From the NCBI GenBank assembly GCA_964106915.2, contig OZ066914.1: DNA of 64,000 nt, one strand, 5' to 3'. The translations under genes and the position numbers were made by a program. Positions 10,414 through 22,149 of this stretch are shown here, piece by piece. Under the pieces are notes generated by a model. That model saw nothing but the letters and a program-made list of their open reading frames with translations. It searched no databases and was not told the DNA's origin. Source of the stretch: Podarcis gaigeae (taxonomy: Eukaryota). Positions within the stretch are counted from its first letter, which is position 1. Each line of letters starts with the position of its first letter.

Positions 10414-11724
10414 TAATGAGAGTAAAGCCATTGAAATCCCATTCCCTTCTGGGAAAGATAATGGATTTGTTCCATGTCTGTTCCCCCTTCCCCCTCCCCA
10501 ACCCTGGTCCCAAAATAGCTCAGAGGAAAATTCTGTGGCTGCTACTAAAATGAAGACACTTCTGGGATAAGCAGCCCTAAAGGCAAAGAGGACCTTTAGA
10601 GCAGAGCATTTGTACATTTGCCCTCAACTCCCCCATTTTTATGTTCAGGAATTCAGAGCAGCTTTCATAAAGGATCTTTCTCTTTGTGCATAACTAGTGC
10701 TGGTCATGTGACTGCCATCTGGAATCAATGAGGATCCCATTCACTGGCTGAAATACAGGCGGTGGTGTGTTCTTTTTGTCCTGAACTGTTTTCCCAGAGA
10801 TAACTGGTGGATTATTTCATCAGCAAAATATTTTCAGGAAGGGAATTGACTGGAACTGATCAGAAGCTCCTTCCCCCACACCCTTTCAGACTGAAGCAAT
10901 ATCCTCCCACCAGCAAATCCCTCACTTCTAACGTTGCCCTTAAGAATGCAATGTGAATAATCAGTGTTGGAGTCAAAGATTTCAACAAAGCACAAATATG
11001 AACACTTAACGGTTGGGAGAGCCACTGAGAATATACAAAATAAATTCCCTTCCCCTCTAATGGACAACTCACACTTCACGCGGCAGCCGAGTTTTGTATT
11101 ATATTAGATATCCTGATGTTGTGAACAGAGGGGATACAGGGAGCCACTGCATACAGTATGTGGGCCAGGATCCATTCTTGGCCAATGATCTCAGAAATGT
11201 GTCTGCTATACATTTGCAGACAAATGCTTTCCTGTAACATATTATGGGCATCTACTAGGAGATGTACAATGGACAAGTATCTAATTCTAAGGCTCCAACA
11301 TGGCACCTATGAACACATTGACATCCTAAACATCCTCTTGGTGCCCACCAAGTCCTCCTACCCTTCCATATTTTTTTTAAAAAAGCATGGAGGGTTTTTC
11401 CCTCCTATTGTTTTTTTTAAGCTGGAAAGTCCCCCAAACATGTTTTATTTATCCTGGAGAGAAATAGACATTTTGCCTCTTGGTGAAAGAAGGGAACTGA
11501 GAAAAGGTTCGGGGCATTTCCAGTTCTTCTTCTTTGAAATGGGTGCCCACAAGAGTTTCGAAATGTGCCCCCCCCTTTAGATACCCTAAAGTTGGGTATC
11601 CCTAATCTGTTTGTTGAAGAAAGTGTGAAAAAGTGTGTGATATACTCCTTTGGTCCATTCATCCAGGCGGTACCACCTTGTATCATTTCAAGGCACTTAT
11701 CTTTTTGTCTTGGTGGCATTAAGA

Positions 11725-11961
11725 AGAGAAGAAGAGTTGAGTTTGGATTTGATATCTGGCTTTATCGCTACCCTAAGGAGTCTCAAAGCAGCTCACAATC
11801 TCCTTCCACTTCCTCCCCCACAACAGACACTCTGTGAGGTGAGTGGGGCTGAGAGACCAGCCCAAGGTCACCCAGTAGCTGCATGTGGAGGAGTGGAGTT
11901 ACGAACCCGGTTCACCAAATTACGAGTCTACTGCTCCTAACCACTACACCACACTGGCTCT
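11725..11961 (-). mobile_element. tRNA-derived MIR/CORE-like squamate SINE (Squam2/POMSINE-like)
   Basis: Minus strand begins AGAGCCAGTGTGGTGTAGTGGTTAG (A-box), has a GGTTCG B-box and CORE-like GGGTGACCTTGGGC, and ends in a (TCT)n tail. Possible TSD TTAAGA. Confidence 0.8.
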
Positions 11962-12979
11962 TAAGACATTGTGGAATGTCTCAAATGAGTCCTTGGGGAG
12001 AATCTTGATTCTCATGGAATGAAAAGGTTTTAACTCACCCTGTGGCTGATAGAATGAAAAATGGACAAGAAGCTGAGTTCCGCAGAAGCAGTACGTTAAT
12101 CTTTCCTGTCCTGACCCACTGATGAATTTAACAGGCTTAAAAAGTAAATAAAGGAATATACAGAGATCTAAATGCATCCAAAACCCATGCCCATGAATTT
12201 CCTACTCCCCATCACCCAATTGTCTTAGCCAGATCCCATTATAGGCCAAGCATGGAGATAAAATCTTTTAATGGCAAGATGCTTCTGTGGAAGGGTTATC
12301 TACTGACAGGGAGCAACTGTCCTATCAAGCCAGTTCTTATAGGCGGCACAGGCAATTCGCCAGGGCTCGCTTCAGGTCACTAGATAACTTCCCTCACACA
12401 CTTTCCTAAAGCAAGCCTGACTGAATTTGTGCTCTGATCGGATCTGATCTGACAGCTAAGGGACTGCCACAGAGAGTGCCCTTTCTTGGGCCTTCCTATA
12501 TACAAGGGATCATATGTCCTGGTGCAAGGAACAAGTTCTCTGAAGTTACCACCCAGAGTAGAGGCTTGCCAAGTGAGCTAAAGTTGAAAGAACTCCTCCT
12601 ACATATTTGGCCAACATCCTTTGATGTGCTTTTTACTATTGTAAGATAAATAGGAAACACTGTCACTATTTTAGATGAGGTTAGAATTATGTGAGAGGCT
12701 TATTGATACCATATATTCCAAAAAATTGCTGGGTCTGGAATGGAAGGACACTGAAGAGACAAATGCTCCTTGTTTCATTTATGGCAGCTGGTCGTTTATG
12801 TTAGTTACATTATGTAGCATTTCTTCCTTGAGAATAATATATTACAGTTTGAGAAAGTTACTATTCATTTCAATAAAGCCTACGTAAATTCACCTGAGAA
12901 AGAAGTAATATTTTTTCTTAGCCCCCCCCCCCATTTTCTTTTCAATTATAAAGTTCAGCAGCTTGTTTCCACCCACTGT

Positions 12980-13022
12980 TAAAAAACACACATAAAAAGT
13001 TTATATTTTGATCTTTTTTATT
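12980..13022 (-). terminator. Distal polyadenylation signal of RBMS1
   Basis: AATAAA at 13022-13017 on the minus strand, followed about 20 nt later by TTTTTATGTGTGTTTTTT (GU/U-rich downstream element). Confidence 0.75.
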
Positions 13023-13126
13023 CAAAAGTTTTCAAAAGAAACAAAACAGAAAAAAACTAATGATCTAATCAAATTTACAGTTCAAAAATGTCTTTTGGCA
13101 TTTAACAACAAGTCCTAGGAAACAAA

Positions 13127-13332
13127 NNNNNNNNNNNNNNNNNNNNNNNNNNNNNNNNNNNNNNNNNNNNNNNNNNNNNNNNNNNNNNNNNNNNNNNNNN
13201 NNNNNNNNNNNNNNNNNNNNNNNNNNNNNNNNNNNNNNNNNNNNNNNNNNNNNNNNNNNNNNNNNNNNNNNNNNNNNNNNNNNNNNNNNNNNNNNNNNNN
13301 NNNNNNNNNNNNNNNNNNNNNNNNNNNNNNNN
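13127..13332. other. Assembly gap (206 N) inside the RBMS1 3'UTR
   Basis: Run of N. Confidence 1.
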
Positions 13333-15092
13333 ATTATTTCTTTATGTACAGAGGTTACATTTTGCAAATCTTACCCAGATAATGAGTATGGCACTTAGTT
13401 CAGACTTTTCTAGCAGCTTCTATTCCCTCCCTCTAACCCTAATGCTTAGCTAATTGAAATAAAACATCAAGTAGCAAATATCTGCCTGCCCCCACATCTT
13501 CTCCCCCACATCTGGAAATACACCAGCTATAGGGAATGAGTTGCAAGAAGTCTGAACTTTGACAAAGCAGTCAATTCCAGGGAGCATAGAACCAATAATA
13601 CCACAACTTTTAAAACTTTTTTTTTAAAAAAACAAAAGAACAAAAACAAAAAGAAACAAACACATTTCTTATGACTATGTAATTTACTAGAATCTACACT
13701 TCTCAGAGCAGCATTGACTTTTGAAACTATGAAATGTCACTGACATCTGTACTTGAATACTCACATAAAATTTAAAAACTTTAAAAAAAAATAAGTGAAA
13801 AGAAAGAATTGCTTAGGCCTAGCTCCTGAGCTAGGATGATTTGGTCTGTGGTAACAGGGAGGGCCAGCAACCTGTCCCATTACAAAAGGAAATAAGCCTT
13901 GAGGTAGATAACTGATCATACACAGCTGACCAGACAAGTACACAGTTTTGGAAGACAACTTAATTTACCGTTTGATTTAATACACATGCGATCATAATAA
14001 AATGAGCTTTAATAGCAGTGAGTTTTATCATCTAATATGTAAAAAGTACAAATAACAGTGTATTTGTTAAATCAGGAATTTCATAGTTTCAAAATTGTAT
14101 TTTCTTCTTCTTCTTCTTTACACTTAACACTTGTAGTGATGATGTAAAGTGTGGCACTGCTTGGATCCAAGTCTTCCTTCATGCTTTTTGTTTGTTTGTT
14201 TGTGTCCATACATCAATTAAAAATTATAAAACCTAAATGCAAATGTACAAAAAAAGGCACATTCTTCTAACCGCAAACTGGTCCGGCAACAAAATTAAAA
14301 GAGTACAGAAGACATAACTGCTGAGACAAAATCAGAATTATTGGTTACTGGCTCTTTGTTCTTTGGTAAAGTTACCTTTAAAAAGTGCCAAGTCTTTATT
14401 TACCTAATATAGAGAGCTAGTACCCAATCTAGTATGTTTTCTACTTACATCTCAGCTTATGTTTTGAAAAAAGTCTTTTAGCTTCCGCCTTTGCTGTAAA
14501 AGCAAACGCTTCTATTTGCTATTTTCTCTGCACAGCATCATTCTAAAGCACTATTCATTACTAGAAAGGAAGGACAGAAACATTCTGTGGATTCCCCATC
14601 CCCAAAACTCCCCCACCCTAAAACTAGAACATCAATTATCTTCTGGAAAAAGGCAAAAAGATTTTTTTTTTTTTACATTGCATCATACAGCAGAGTTCCT
14701 AACTAGCAGAGGAAAACTAATTGGCATAAGGCCTTACAAACAATTTATCCTATTAAAATTTCCCCAGTCAGAAAATGTGTTTCACACAAAACATTTCCCT
14801 ACCCCCCAATCCTGTATTTCACAACCTTACATTATTATGTGAGGGGAAACAAAATCATTAAAAACACCTACTACACATTTTTAAAAAGCCAATTTTTTCA
14901 GCAATTTTAATCGACTACCTGTTAAAAGCCCTATCCTGCTGTTTTACAAGGCATAATAGACCAGCTCATTTGGTCAAAAGCATTCTACACCATTAGTTTG
15001 GACTACGTACTGAAACAGCTACAGCATTAAAAGAGTTAAGGCAAATTGGAATTGATAGAAAAAGGATAAGACACTTCACACTACCTTAAAAG

Positions 15093-15096
<4 letters not shown>

Positions 15097-15128
<32 letters not shown>
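15097..15128. repeat. (AG)16 microsatellite; reads (CU)16 in the RBMS1 3'UTR
   Basis: Read directly from the sequence. Confidence 0.95.
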
Positions 15129-15133
<5 letters not shown>

Positions 15134-16289
15134 TATGAAAATAGACCCTACAACTGCAACACTGCACTATAGCGACACTCACACGGCAAGCACAGAACAT
15201 CGGCATGGATGTTTTTACTAGTTTAAACTTCAAAAAACAAAAACGAAATCTTAATACGGTTAAAAAAAAACACAAAAACAAACCAAGAGACTGATTCTGT
15301 CATGCACATGAACATGTCTCCATTGCAATCTGCGCATGGACAGATCCCCCCCATTTATTTAATTATTTACCTTTATTTTATTTTATTTTTTGCGTCGTTA
15401 ATACTTGATAAAAAATTTCTTACTAAAATAAACCTGTTCAAGGGGGGGGAGGGGGAGGGAAACAGCTACTAGGATGAATTTAAGGATTTTTTTTCTTTTT
15501 CTTTATGCACCTTATAGAACTTATAGCAAAAATAGTTTCAGTTGATTTCATTATAAATAACGTTTTCAAGAACCTGTGCAAAACTGTCAATAATTTCTAA
15601 AGCACAATTGATCAGTAAAATCCATGATTGTTTCAGCCTTTGCATCCTTCTCCAGGCGAGGTCAACAACACATTTCTGAAAAGGATAGAAAAAGAAAAAG
15701 TAGAATTCAGTTATACTCTTCTGATTCATAGTATTTATAGCCTGTGTGACCTGACTATGCAAGTCTAGAAATAGAAAAAAGCAGATAACTACATATTTTT
15801 TGTGCCTGTGTATGTACAGGCAGATTTCTGCATGTGGTTACTTTTGCCAAAGGGTTTGTACTTCTGGTTCCTGGGACTGCATAAAGCATATACAATGGAG
15901 AAGCTATACTGATCTGAGCATAGAGGAAGGAGACATCCTTTTCCACATCAATATCATCCACTTAATTTATTACCTCCACTTCACCCTAAGATTTCAGGGT
16001 GCATTACAACAATTTAAAACACATCACAAGCTTTTAAAAACAACTTACAATCACAAATGCAGGCTGGATCCTTCAAATAGGCCTTATGTGCAGGGCAGAG
16101 GATGTTGTTGTGGGGCAGATTCATGACCAAGTTACAATAAGATAAGGTTTTCAAAAAGACTCAAGTTCCTCAGGGTCAACACTCAAATGTATTGAAGATA
16201 CATTGAATATTGATGTTAGTTCAGATTGCAGTTGCGAGATAACTAAGTGACACTGGGCATTAGGGTCATGCCCACCATTAGGATCATGC

Positions 16290-16732
16290 CCATCATCACC
16301 ATGCCAGTTGCAGTTGTACCCATCCATTTCCAGGTCCAATTCAAAGAACTGACTTTGACCTTTAAAAGTCCTTTGTGACTTAGGATGAGGATACTTGAAG
16401 GGCCACTTGCTTCCATATGTGCGTGCCTGTAGCTACAGCTAAGATGCTCTGCAGGTTCTCTTGCCTTGTGAGGCAAGGTCAGCAGCCTTCTCTGTGGTGG
16501 TGCTCTCTGGCCTCCCTAGAGAGATCTGCCTGGCACCTACTTTGTTGTCCTCCTATTCACAGGCACAGACTTTCCTATAGGATTGTGCTTCTCTTTGCCA
16601 CTAACTCGTTAAAGTACTGCTGCTATCTTCAATTAGCAATGAAGTATCTCATGTATGAAGCAATGAATCCGCCCAGAGTGGCTGGGACAATCCAGTCAGA
16701 TGGGTAGGGTACAAGTAAAAAAATTTATTATT
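16290..16732 (+). mobile_element. Degraded L2-like LINE 3' end in the RBMS1 3'UTR intron
   Basis: Decayed ORF2-end-like segment (CATTTCCAGGTCCAATTCAAAG...GATACTTGAAGG) and terminal CCGCCCAGAGTGGCTGGG...CAGTCAGATGGG followed by an AT-rich tail. Confidence 0.6.
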
Positions 16733-17184
16733 TGAATAACAAATGTATGATATTTAGGTGGTGCCTTTATCTTAAAAGCTTATTGTAAAAAATGTTTTAA
16801 TGTATATGGGGATGGGTCAGTGGTCCAATGAAAATTATAGATCCAGTAGCTCAGTGCACTAAACAATTCGCTGCAACAACCATAATCAGAGAACTTGGTA
16901 AATCACATTATCTGGAGTTGTTAAGTCACTTTTATAATACGTTTGACAAACTGATAGTTCATACAAGCCAACTTTGGTAAGTCACAGATATTCTGAAGAT
17001 GTTCAATGTACCAAGTGTACGGCATCTATGGAACATGCATGCAGCTTCTCAATTTGTTGCATTATTAAGTGAACGTCAAAAAGGATCCAGAAAATGGTTG
17101 GAAGTGTCTGAATATACTACATGAAGAGTATTTTCCCTCCAATTAATTTTTTCAAAGAAATATGAAAGCAACTTTACCTCACAA

Positions 17185-17262
17185 TTACTTGTTTTGCTGA
17201 TAAGTATATGGCGAATGATCATTGGACGTCTCTACTGTAACTTGCTGTTGACCACTGGCTTC
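17185..17262 (-). CDS. RBMS1: RBMS1 last coding exon 13: [25 protein letters not shown]-stop (the exon continues to 17178)
   Basis: C-terminal peptide match. Acceptor ttacag|GAA, TAA at 17187-17185, then ttgtgag|gtaaag donor. Confidence 0.96.
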   Translation of the reverse strand, partial: EASGQQQVTVETSNDHSPYTYQQNK

Positions 17263-17566
17263 CTGTAAGAAAAGAAATTATAAGTAGGAGACACACAGCA
17301 TCTAATTATTAGCTGTGATATTACAAAGGGTAAATTTGCCTTGAGGTTTATCATTGACTGCCTGTGCATCTTCCATAGTTTATATCCCTTCCTGAAGAGC
17401 ACTTGGGGGGTGGGGGTGGCAGATACAGGATTCGTACCAATGACATCTTTTGCTTATTGCAGCACTGATGTCATTTCAGCAAGTTACATTTATTGAAACA
17501 TTATGTACGATGTAAATGATGGATTTTAACTAAAAGACTCTCTCATTAATTAAAAAGAAAAACTAC

Positions 17567-17647
17567 CTCGACTGGAACAGCTGCTGTCTGAACATGTGTG
17601 TACTGGGGTATGTAGGCTCCTTGCATAGCTGTTGTGGCAGGCATGTA
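17567..17647 (-). CDS. RBMS1: RBMS1 coding exon 12 (81 nt): [27 protein letters not shown]
   Basis: Peptide match. Acceptor ttgcag|TAC, donor GAG|gtagt. Confidence 0.96.
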
Positions 17648-17754
17648 CTGCAAAGGAAAAAGAGATTAATGTATTCAGCTAAATGAAACTAATACACACA
17701 ACAGATGGTTCGACCCAAAACAAATGTGAAAGGATCGGAGATAAGCCACTAGTA

Positions 17755-18110
17755 AAGGTAAAGGTAAAGGGACCCCTGACCATTAGGTCCAGTCGTGACC
17801 GACTCTGGGGTTGCGGCGCTCATCTCGCTTTATTGGCCGAGAGAGCCAGCGTAGAGCTTCCGGGTCATATGGCCAGCATGACTAAACCGCTTCTGGCGAA
17901 CCAGAGCAGCACACGGAAATGCTGTTTACCTTCCCGCCAGAGCAGTACCTATTTATCTACTTGCACTTTGATGTGCTTTCAAACTGCTAGGTTATAAGGA
18001 GCAGGGACTGAGCAACGGGAGCTCACCCCGTCACGGGGATTCGAACCGCTGACCTTCTGATCGGCAAGTCCTAGGTTCTGTGGTTTAACCCACAGCACCA
18101 CCCATGTCCC
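17755..18110 (-). mobile_element. Full-length Sauria SINE in RBMS1 intron 11
   Basis: Minus strand runs GGGACATGGGTGG...GGTTCGAATCCCC...(ACCTTT)n. Perfect 13-bp TSD TAAGCCACTAGTA at 17742-17754 and 18111-18123. Confidence 0.93.
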
Positions 18111-18908
18111 TAAGCCACTAGTAGTGTTCCACAAATGCTTTCAAAAGTGTGATCTAATAAACAGGTTGCACAACACTTCCTTTACATGAGGTTGCACAGA
18201 AAAGACCATCTTTGAATTTCACTTTTCTTATGCAGCATTCCAGCAACATAATGCAGCCCTTCAATGATGCATGCCCTCCACATGCATTAGCGTGTCTTTG
18301 GATACCACCCAAATAATTTAAAACACATAGAAAGCCCAACAGCATTGGTTTTTGTTTTTGCTTTAGGATGTAAGAAGAAAAGGAATTGGGTCTTCTCAAA
18401 ATTGCTGCTAAGAGTGATATTTCTAAAGACACTGGCAATACATCTTCCTTTAGGACAGAGGGTCCATTTGGCAATGCCAATTCTTATCTCCAGCCTAGGG
18501 ACAAGGAGATGACAGGATGATTTATGCTGTGATCCAAAAACATACATCCACAGTAGTGTTATCAGCATTGACAGTTCAGATCACACATTTTGGTGGAGAA
18601 CCTCATCCAAGTCCCACATCCCCTCTTTTCTGATTGATAAAGGAAGATCGGTAAGATTCAGCCTTACACTGCTCAAAGCTGTCAATAGTAGCCAAGTTTT
18701 ACTTCTTTAATATTAAAAGTAAAATTTCCCCAAGTGACTAAGATGCATTGCAATAGAAAATGGATTTATAATGCACATGCAATTACTGGTCAGTGAAAAC
18801 AAAATGTGACAGATGGAATACTCTAAATGTCTTTCCTATGGGCAGAATATATAGTAAATATGTCAGTTTTTTCTGGGTGTTATTATTATTATTAGAATTG
18901 CCACGTAC

Positions 18909-19019
18909 TGTTCCAGTACTGCCCAATGAAAGGTGACTCATCTGCTGTGTCAGTGGACTTATCATTGATGCAGGCTGCAGTGACATGGTGTGGTCCATGG
19001 AAGGAGTTAATACAGTACC
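18909..19019 (-). CDS. RBMS1: RBMS1 coding exon 11 (111 nt): [37 protein letters not shown]
   Basis: Peptide match. Acceptor ttacag|GGT, donor ACA|gtacg. Confidence 0.96.
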
Positions 19020-20589
19020 CTGTAAGAGCGGGGGGAAATTGTTTCAGATTAAAGCAGTAAAGTTGTACACAGCTTCTGTTGGTTTACATTTTACTGACAC
19101 ATGTTCAATTTTTCTTTTGTAAAGGTGCATGCAATTGAAACACTTCATTGATAGCAAAACATGGTTATGTGACAAATACAGTAATAGTAAGATCCATCTA
19201 TGAGTCAGAAAAGACTTTAGGGTACACATGAAATCCTGCACCTATGAATCACTCTAGTTTGTGTTTTTCGCCAAGAACCCATGTGATTTGTAGCAGAAAA
19301 AATTCTACTCTGAACTGCAGCTCCCTTATGAAACTACAGTTCATTCATGGGATAACGTCTTACAGTGATGTCAGTCTAACCCTCTCAGTGCCTAGAGATT
19401 CTAGTTATCAGGGGTTCCCCTACTGAAATGAATGGGAAAAAACAAAACTAGCAAAGCTAATTGGGATCCAATCTATCACCAGGAACTTCATTATCGTGTA
19501 TAAAATTCCATGTTTTGCAGTTGCATCTCATTGGATTTCTCCCCCCTCCCCGCAGTCCTTGAAATATTCTCACTTCCCTGCTTGTTTATATCTCAAGACA
19601 AACACTTGTTACAAAGCACTGCATGGGTCTGTTGTGCCAGAGAACAAAATTTTATCCTAGGGGATTAATTCTGCTCCAAGTTGGCTTTATCTTAACACTC
19701 TCATGATGCAAACAAACAACATTGTTTTTATTTATTTATAACATTCTTCCAGGGGAAAAGAACACTATTAGGGTATTGAAATACATTGAACCCCTTCCAG
19801 TGATTTTATTAGGCGCCTAATATTTCCCTTAGGTATTTTTGTTGTTTCTTCCCACCCACCACCCCACTACCCCCGATTATGAACCTACTATTTCACCAAC
19901 CCTCACCTCCATTTTACTTCCTCCAGGATTTCCTGATATCCCACAAAAGAATTTGAGTTCAGTTTGAGGGGTTCAACATACTCCAAAAGGTTTTGCGTTA
20001 AGACTATGTGTTTGGAATGCAATGCTAACAAAGTTTTCTTTTATATTAAACTGGAGAAATTTTGGAATCAGCTATTAAAGTTATTCCCAGCTAGGACTTT
20101 AAAGGAGATTGATGTTATACTGGGCACTGTACAGAAGAATATGGGCTCTGCCCAGTTTCACCGAAGCAGATATCTGACTGCACAAGCTTCTTTGCCTAAT
20201 TACCAGCAATTTCTCCTGACACATTCCAAGTATTCAGTGGCTCCTCTGACACTCAGGAGAGGTTTGCAGGTGGTTGATGTGTTGCGTGTGTTCTGCAGTG
20301 GGTAAGGAGCAGGAAAGCCCGTCCCCTATTTTTGTAATGCTGGATTCAGCCTACTACGTTCCAAGTATGGGCATGGATTTTAACTGGTATTGAGAAAATC
20401 AGTTGCAATCACACCTCCTTTATCATTTTACCTTGTGAAAAATTCAGCAGCCAGTGACAGACTGCAGGCAACCCAAAACATGCATGGTGATTTGTTATCC
20501 ATGGCTTAAACTTGCTTTTCTTTAAGTACCCAACTTAAAGTACCCCCCAACCACCTTAATCTGGAGCAGCTCTCAAAGAGTAAGGGAAT

Positions 20590-20718
20590 GAAGAACTATG
20601 ACCTCCATGTCCTTCCTGCCTATGTGCTTTCCTGAAGAATCTGGCTGGCCAGTGTGAGAAGCAAGATGCCGAACTAGATGGACCTTTGGTCTAATCTGGC
20701 TGGACTCTTTATGTTCTG
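20590..20718 (+). mobile_element. CR1 3' tail fragment
   Basis: ATCTGGCTGGCCAGTGTGAGA...ACTAGATGGACCTTTGGTCT...TTATGTTCT. Confidence 0.6.
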
Positions 20719-21507
20719 CCTATAGGATTTTTTTCTGACCAAGTCATTTGAGAACTGCAGACTGTACTGGGGTAAGGAATTAAAACACAAGCATTGTGTT
20801 CCACAAATACTGGGGGGTGGGGGGATATCCCTGCCCCATAGGTTGCAAGTTTCTTTAAATTAAATTCAGTGTCAAAAATGTGCACATAGAAAAAGTCAAA
20901 CCCTAACCTTTAGAGACCACAGACAGGGAGCTTTTGTGTGTCAGAACTATACATCTGTGGGAGGCTTACATGATGCAGCATAATAGCCCAGCAATCTCAG
21001 TGCCTTGTCTTTAACTGCTTTGCTTTCGATTTGCATATTGTTTATTATTTTGGAACATTTGTTAAGTGCTATCATTGCACTTGTGAGAGATGAATCCAGC
21101 TATTCTAATTATTCTAATAGGAAGTATCAAGAGAATCTAAGTGTCCAAGACAATTGCATTTGCTTTCATATGTAGAAAAGGCATAATCAAAGATGATTCG
21201 GATTTTGATAGCTGTACGGAGATCAACACCAATACTTTGTCTATGCTAGATTCTAAAGTGCTATTGTTTGCAAGCCGTGACACTGCATACATTAACACAA
21301 GAAACCTTTATGTGTATTGTCATTGCTGTATGAATACTGTTCTCTTTTGCATCTGCCATGCAGCAGTACAATGTAGGAGATTAAGAGGCATGTATAGTCT
21401 GTGCGATATTTATATGTTAATGGAGCTTTGTTCCTCCCCTGCTCTGTACAGGTGCGTGCATATGCTTCTTCAACAAGAAACTCTTAATTACCTTGGCTCT
21501 TTTACCT

Positions 21508-21660
21508 GGGGAAGGACTGTAGCTTACTAGTAGAGCAATTGCTTTACATGCCAGAAATCCAAGGTTGGATCTCCAGGATCTCCAGGTAGGACTGGGAGAG
21601 ACCCTGACCTGGAGAGCCATTGCTAGTCAGTGTAGACAATACTAGAAGGACCAAGCAGCT
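21508..21660 (+). mobile_element. tRNA-derived SINE (same family as 7411)
   Basis: GGGAAGGACTGTAGCT...CTCCAGGTAGGACTGGGAGAG...GTCAGTGTAGACAATACT. Confidence 0.65.
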
Positions 21661-22104
21661 TTTTGTTTACATTAACCTCTTCTTTACCTCTGTCTTTTAA
21701 TCAAAATTTGACTTCTAACTTCCATGAGCCCCAACCAACACAGCCAATGGTCAGAAATGATGGAAGTTGTCATCCACAATATCTGCAGAGCCACAGGTTC
21801 CTGGCCCCCATTGCACAGCTTTCCCTCTCCCCCCTCTACTACTCCCAGTTATTACTTCATTCCATTGGATGTTGCCAGAATCAATTCAATAGACACCCAT
21901 CAAGATTCTACTGTTCACGCTAGGAAGACTTGGCATAAGACTAGGCTATCTATTATTGGGCTGCAGAAAGCCATACCAGTTGGATATTATTTAGTGTGGG
22001 CATTAAGAAATAGCGCCCACCAGAGAAAGAAATAACTAATGAAAATGAGGAACAAATAAGAATATTGATCCTAAGCTGACATAGGTGAAAGTATGCAAAC
22101 TTAC

Positions 22105-22149
22105 AGGATGCTGCATTATATATGGTTGAGGCTGCATCCATGAAGGGCT
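22105..22149 (-). CDS. RBMS1: RBMS1 coding exon 10 (45 nt): SPSWMQPQPYIMQHP
   Basis: Peptide match and donor CCT|gtaagt. The only usable in-frame acceptor is ctacag|AGC, so the exon lacks the leading VQ of the mammalian exon. Confidence 0.88.

Larger units (their letters stand above)
13000..15675 (-). other. RBMS1: RBMS1 terminal non-coding exon (3'UTR, about 2.7 kb; 3' end approximate)
   Basis: Long pyrimidine tract then cag|AAATG at 15677-15675. U-rich, with no recognisable transposons. The first ~200 nt resemble the mammalian RBMS1 3'UTR as I recall it. Ends at AATAAA plus a GU-rich element. Confidence 0.8.

Noticed and set aside
1-12900. Protein-coding gene (for example ITGB6, the mammalian neighbour) in the left part of the window
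   Set aside because: No ORF or exon-like segment resembles an integrin or any other protein I recognise. The ORFs are short, low-complexity or inside repeats.
13065-13367. 100-aa ORF
   Set aside because: Artefact of translating through the N gap.
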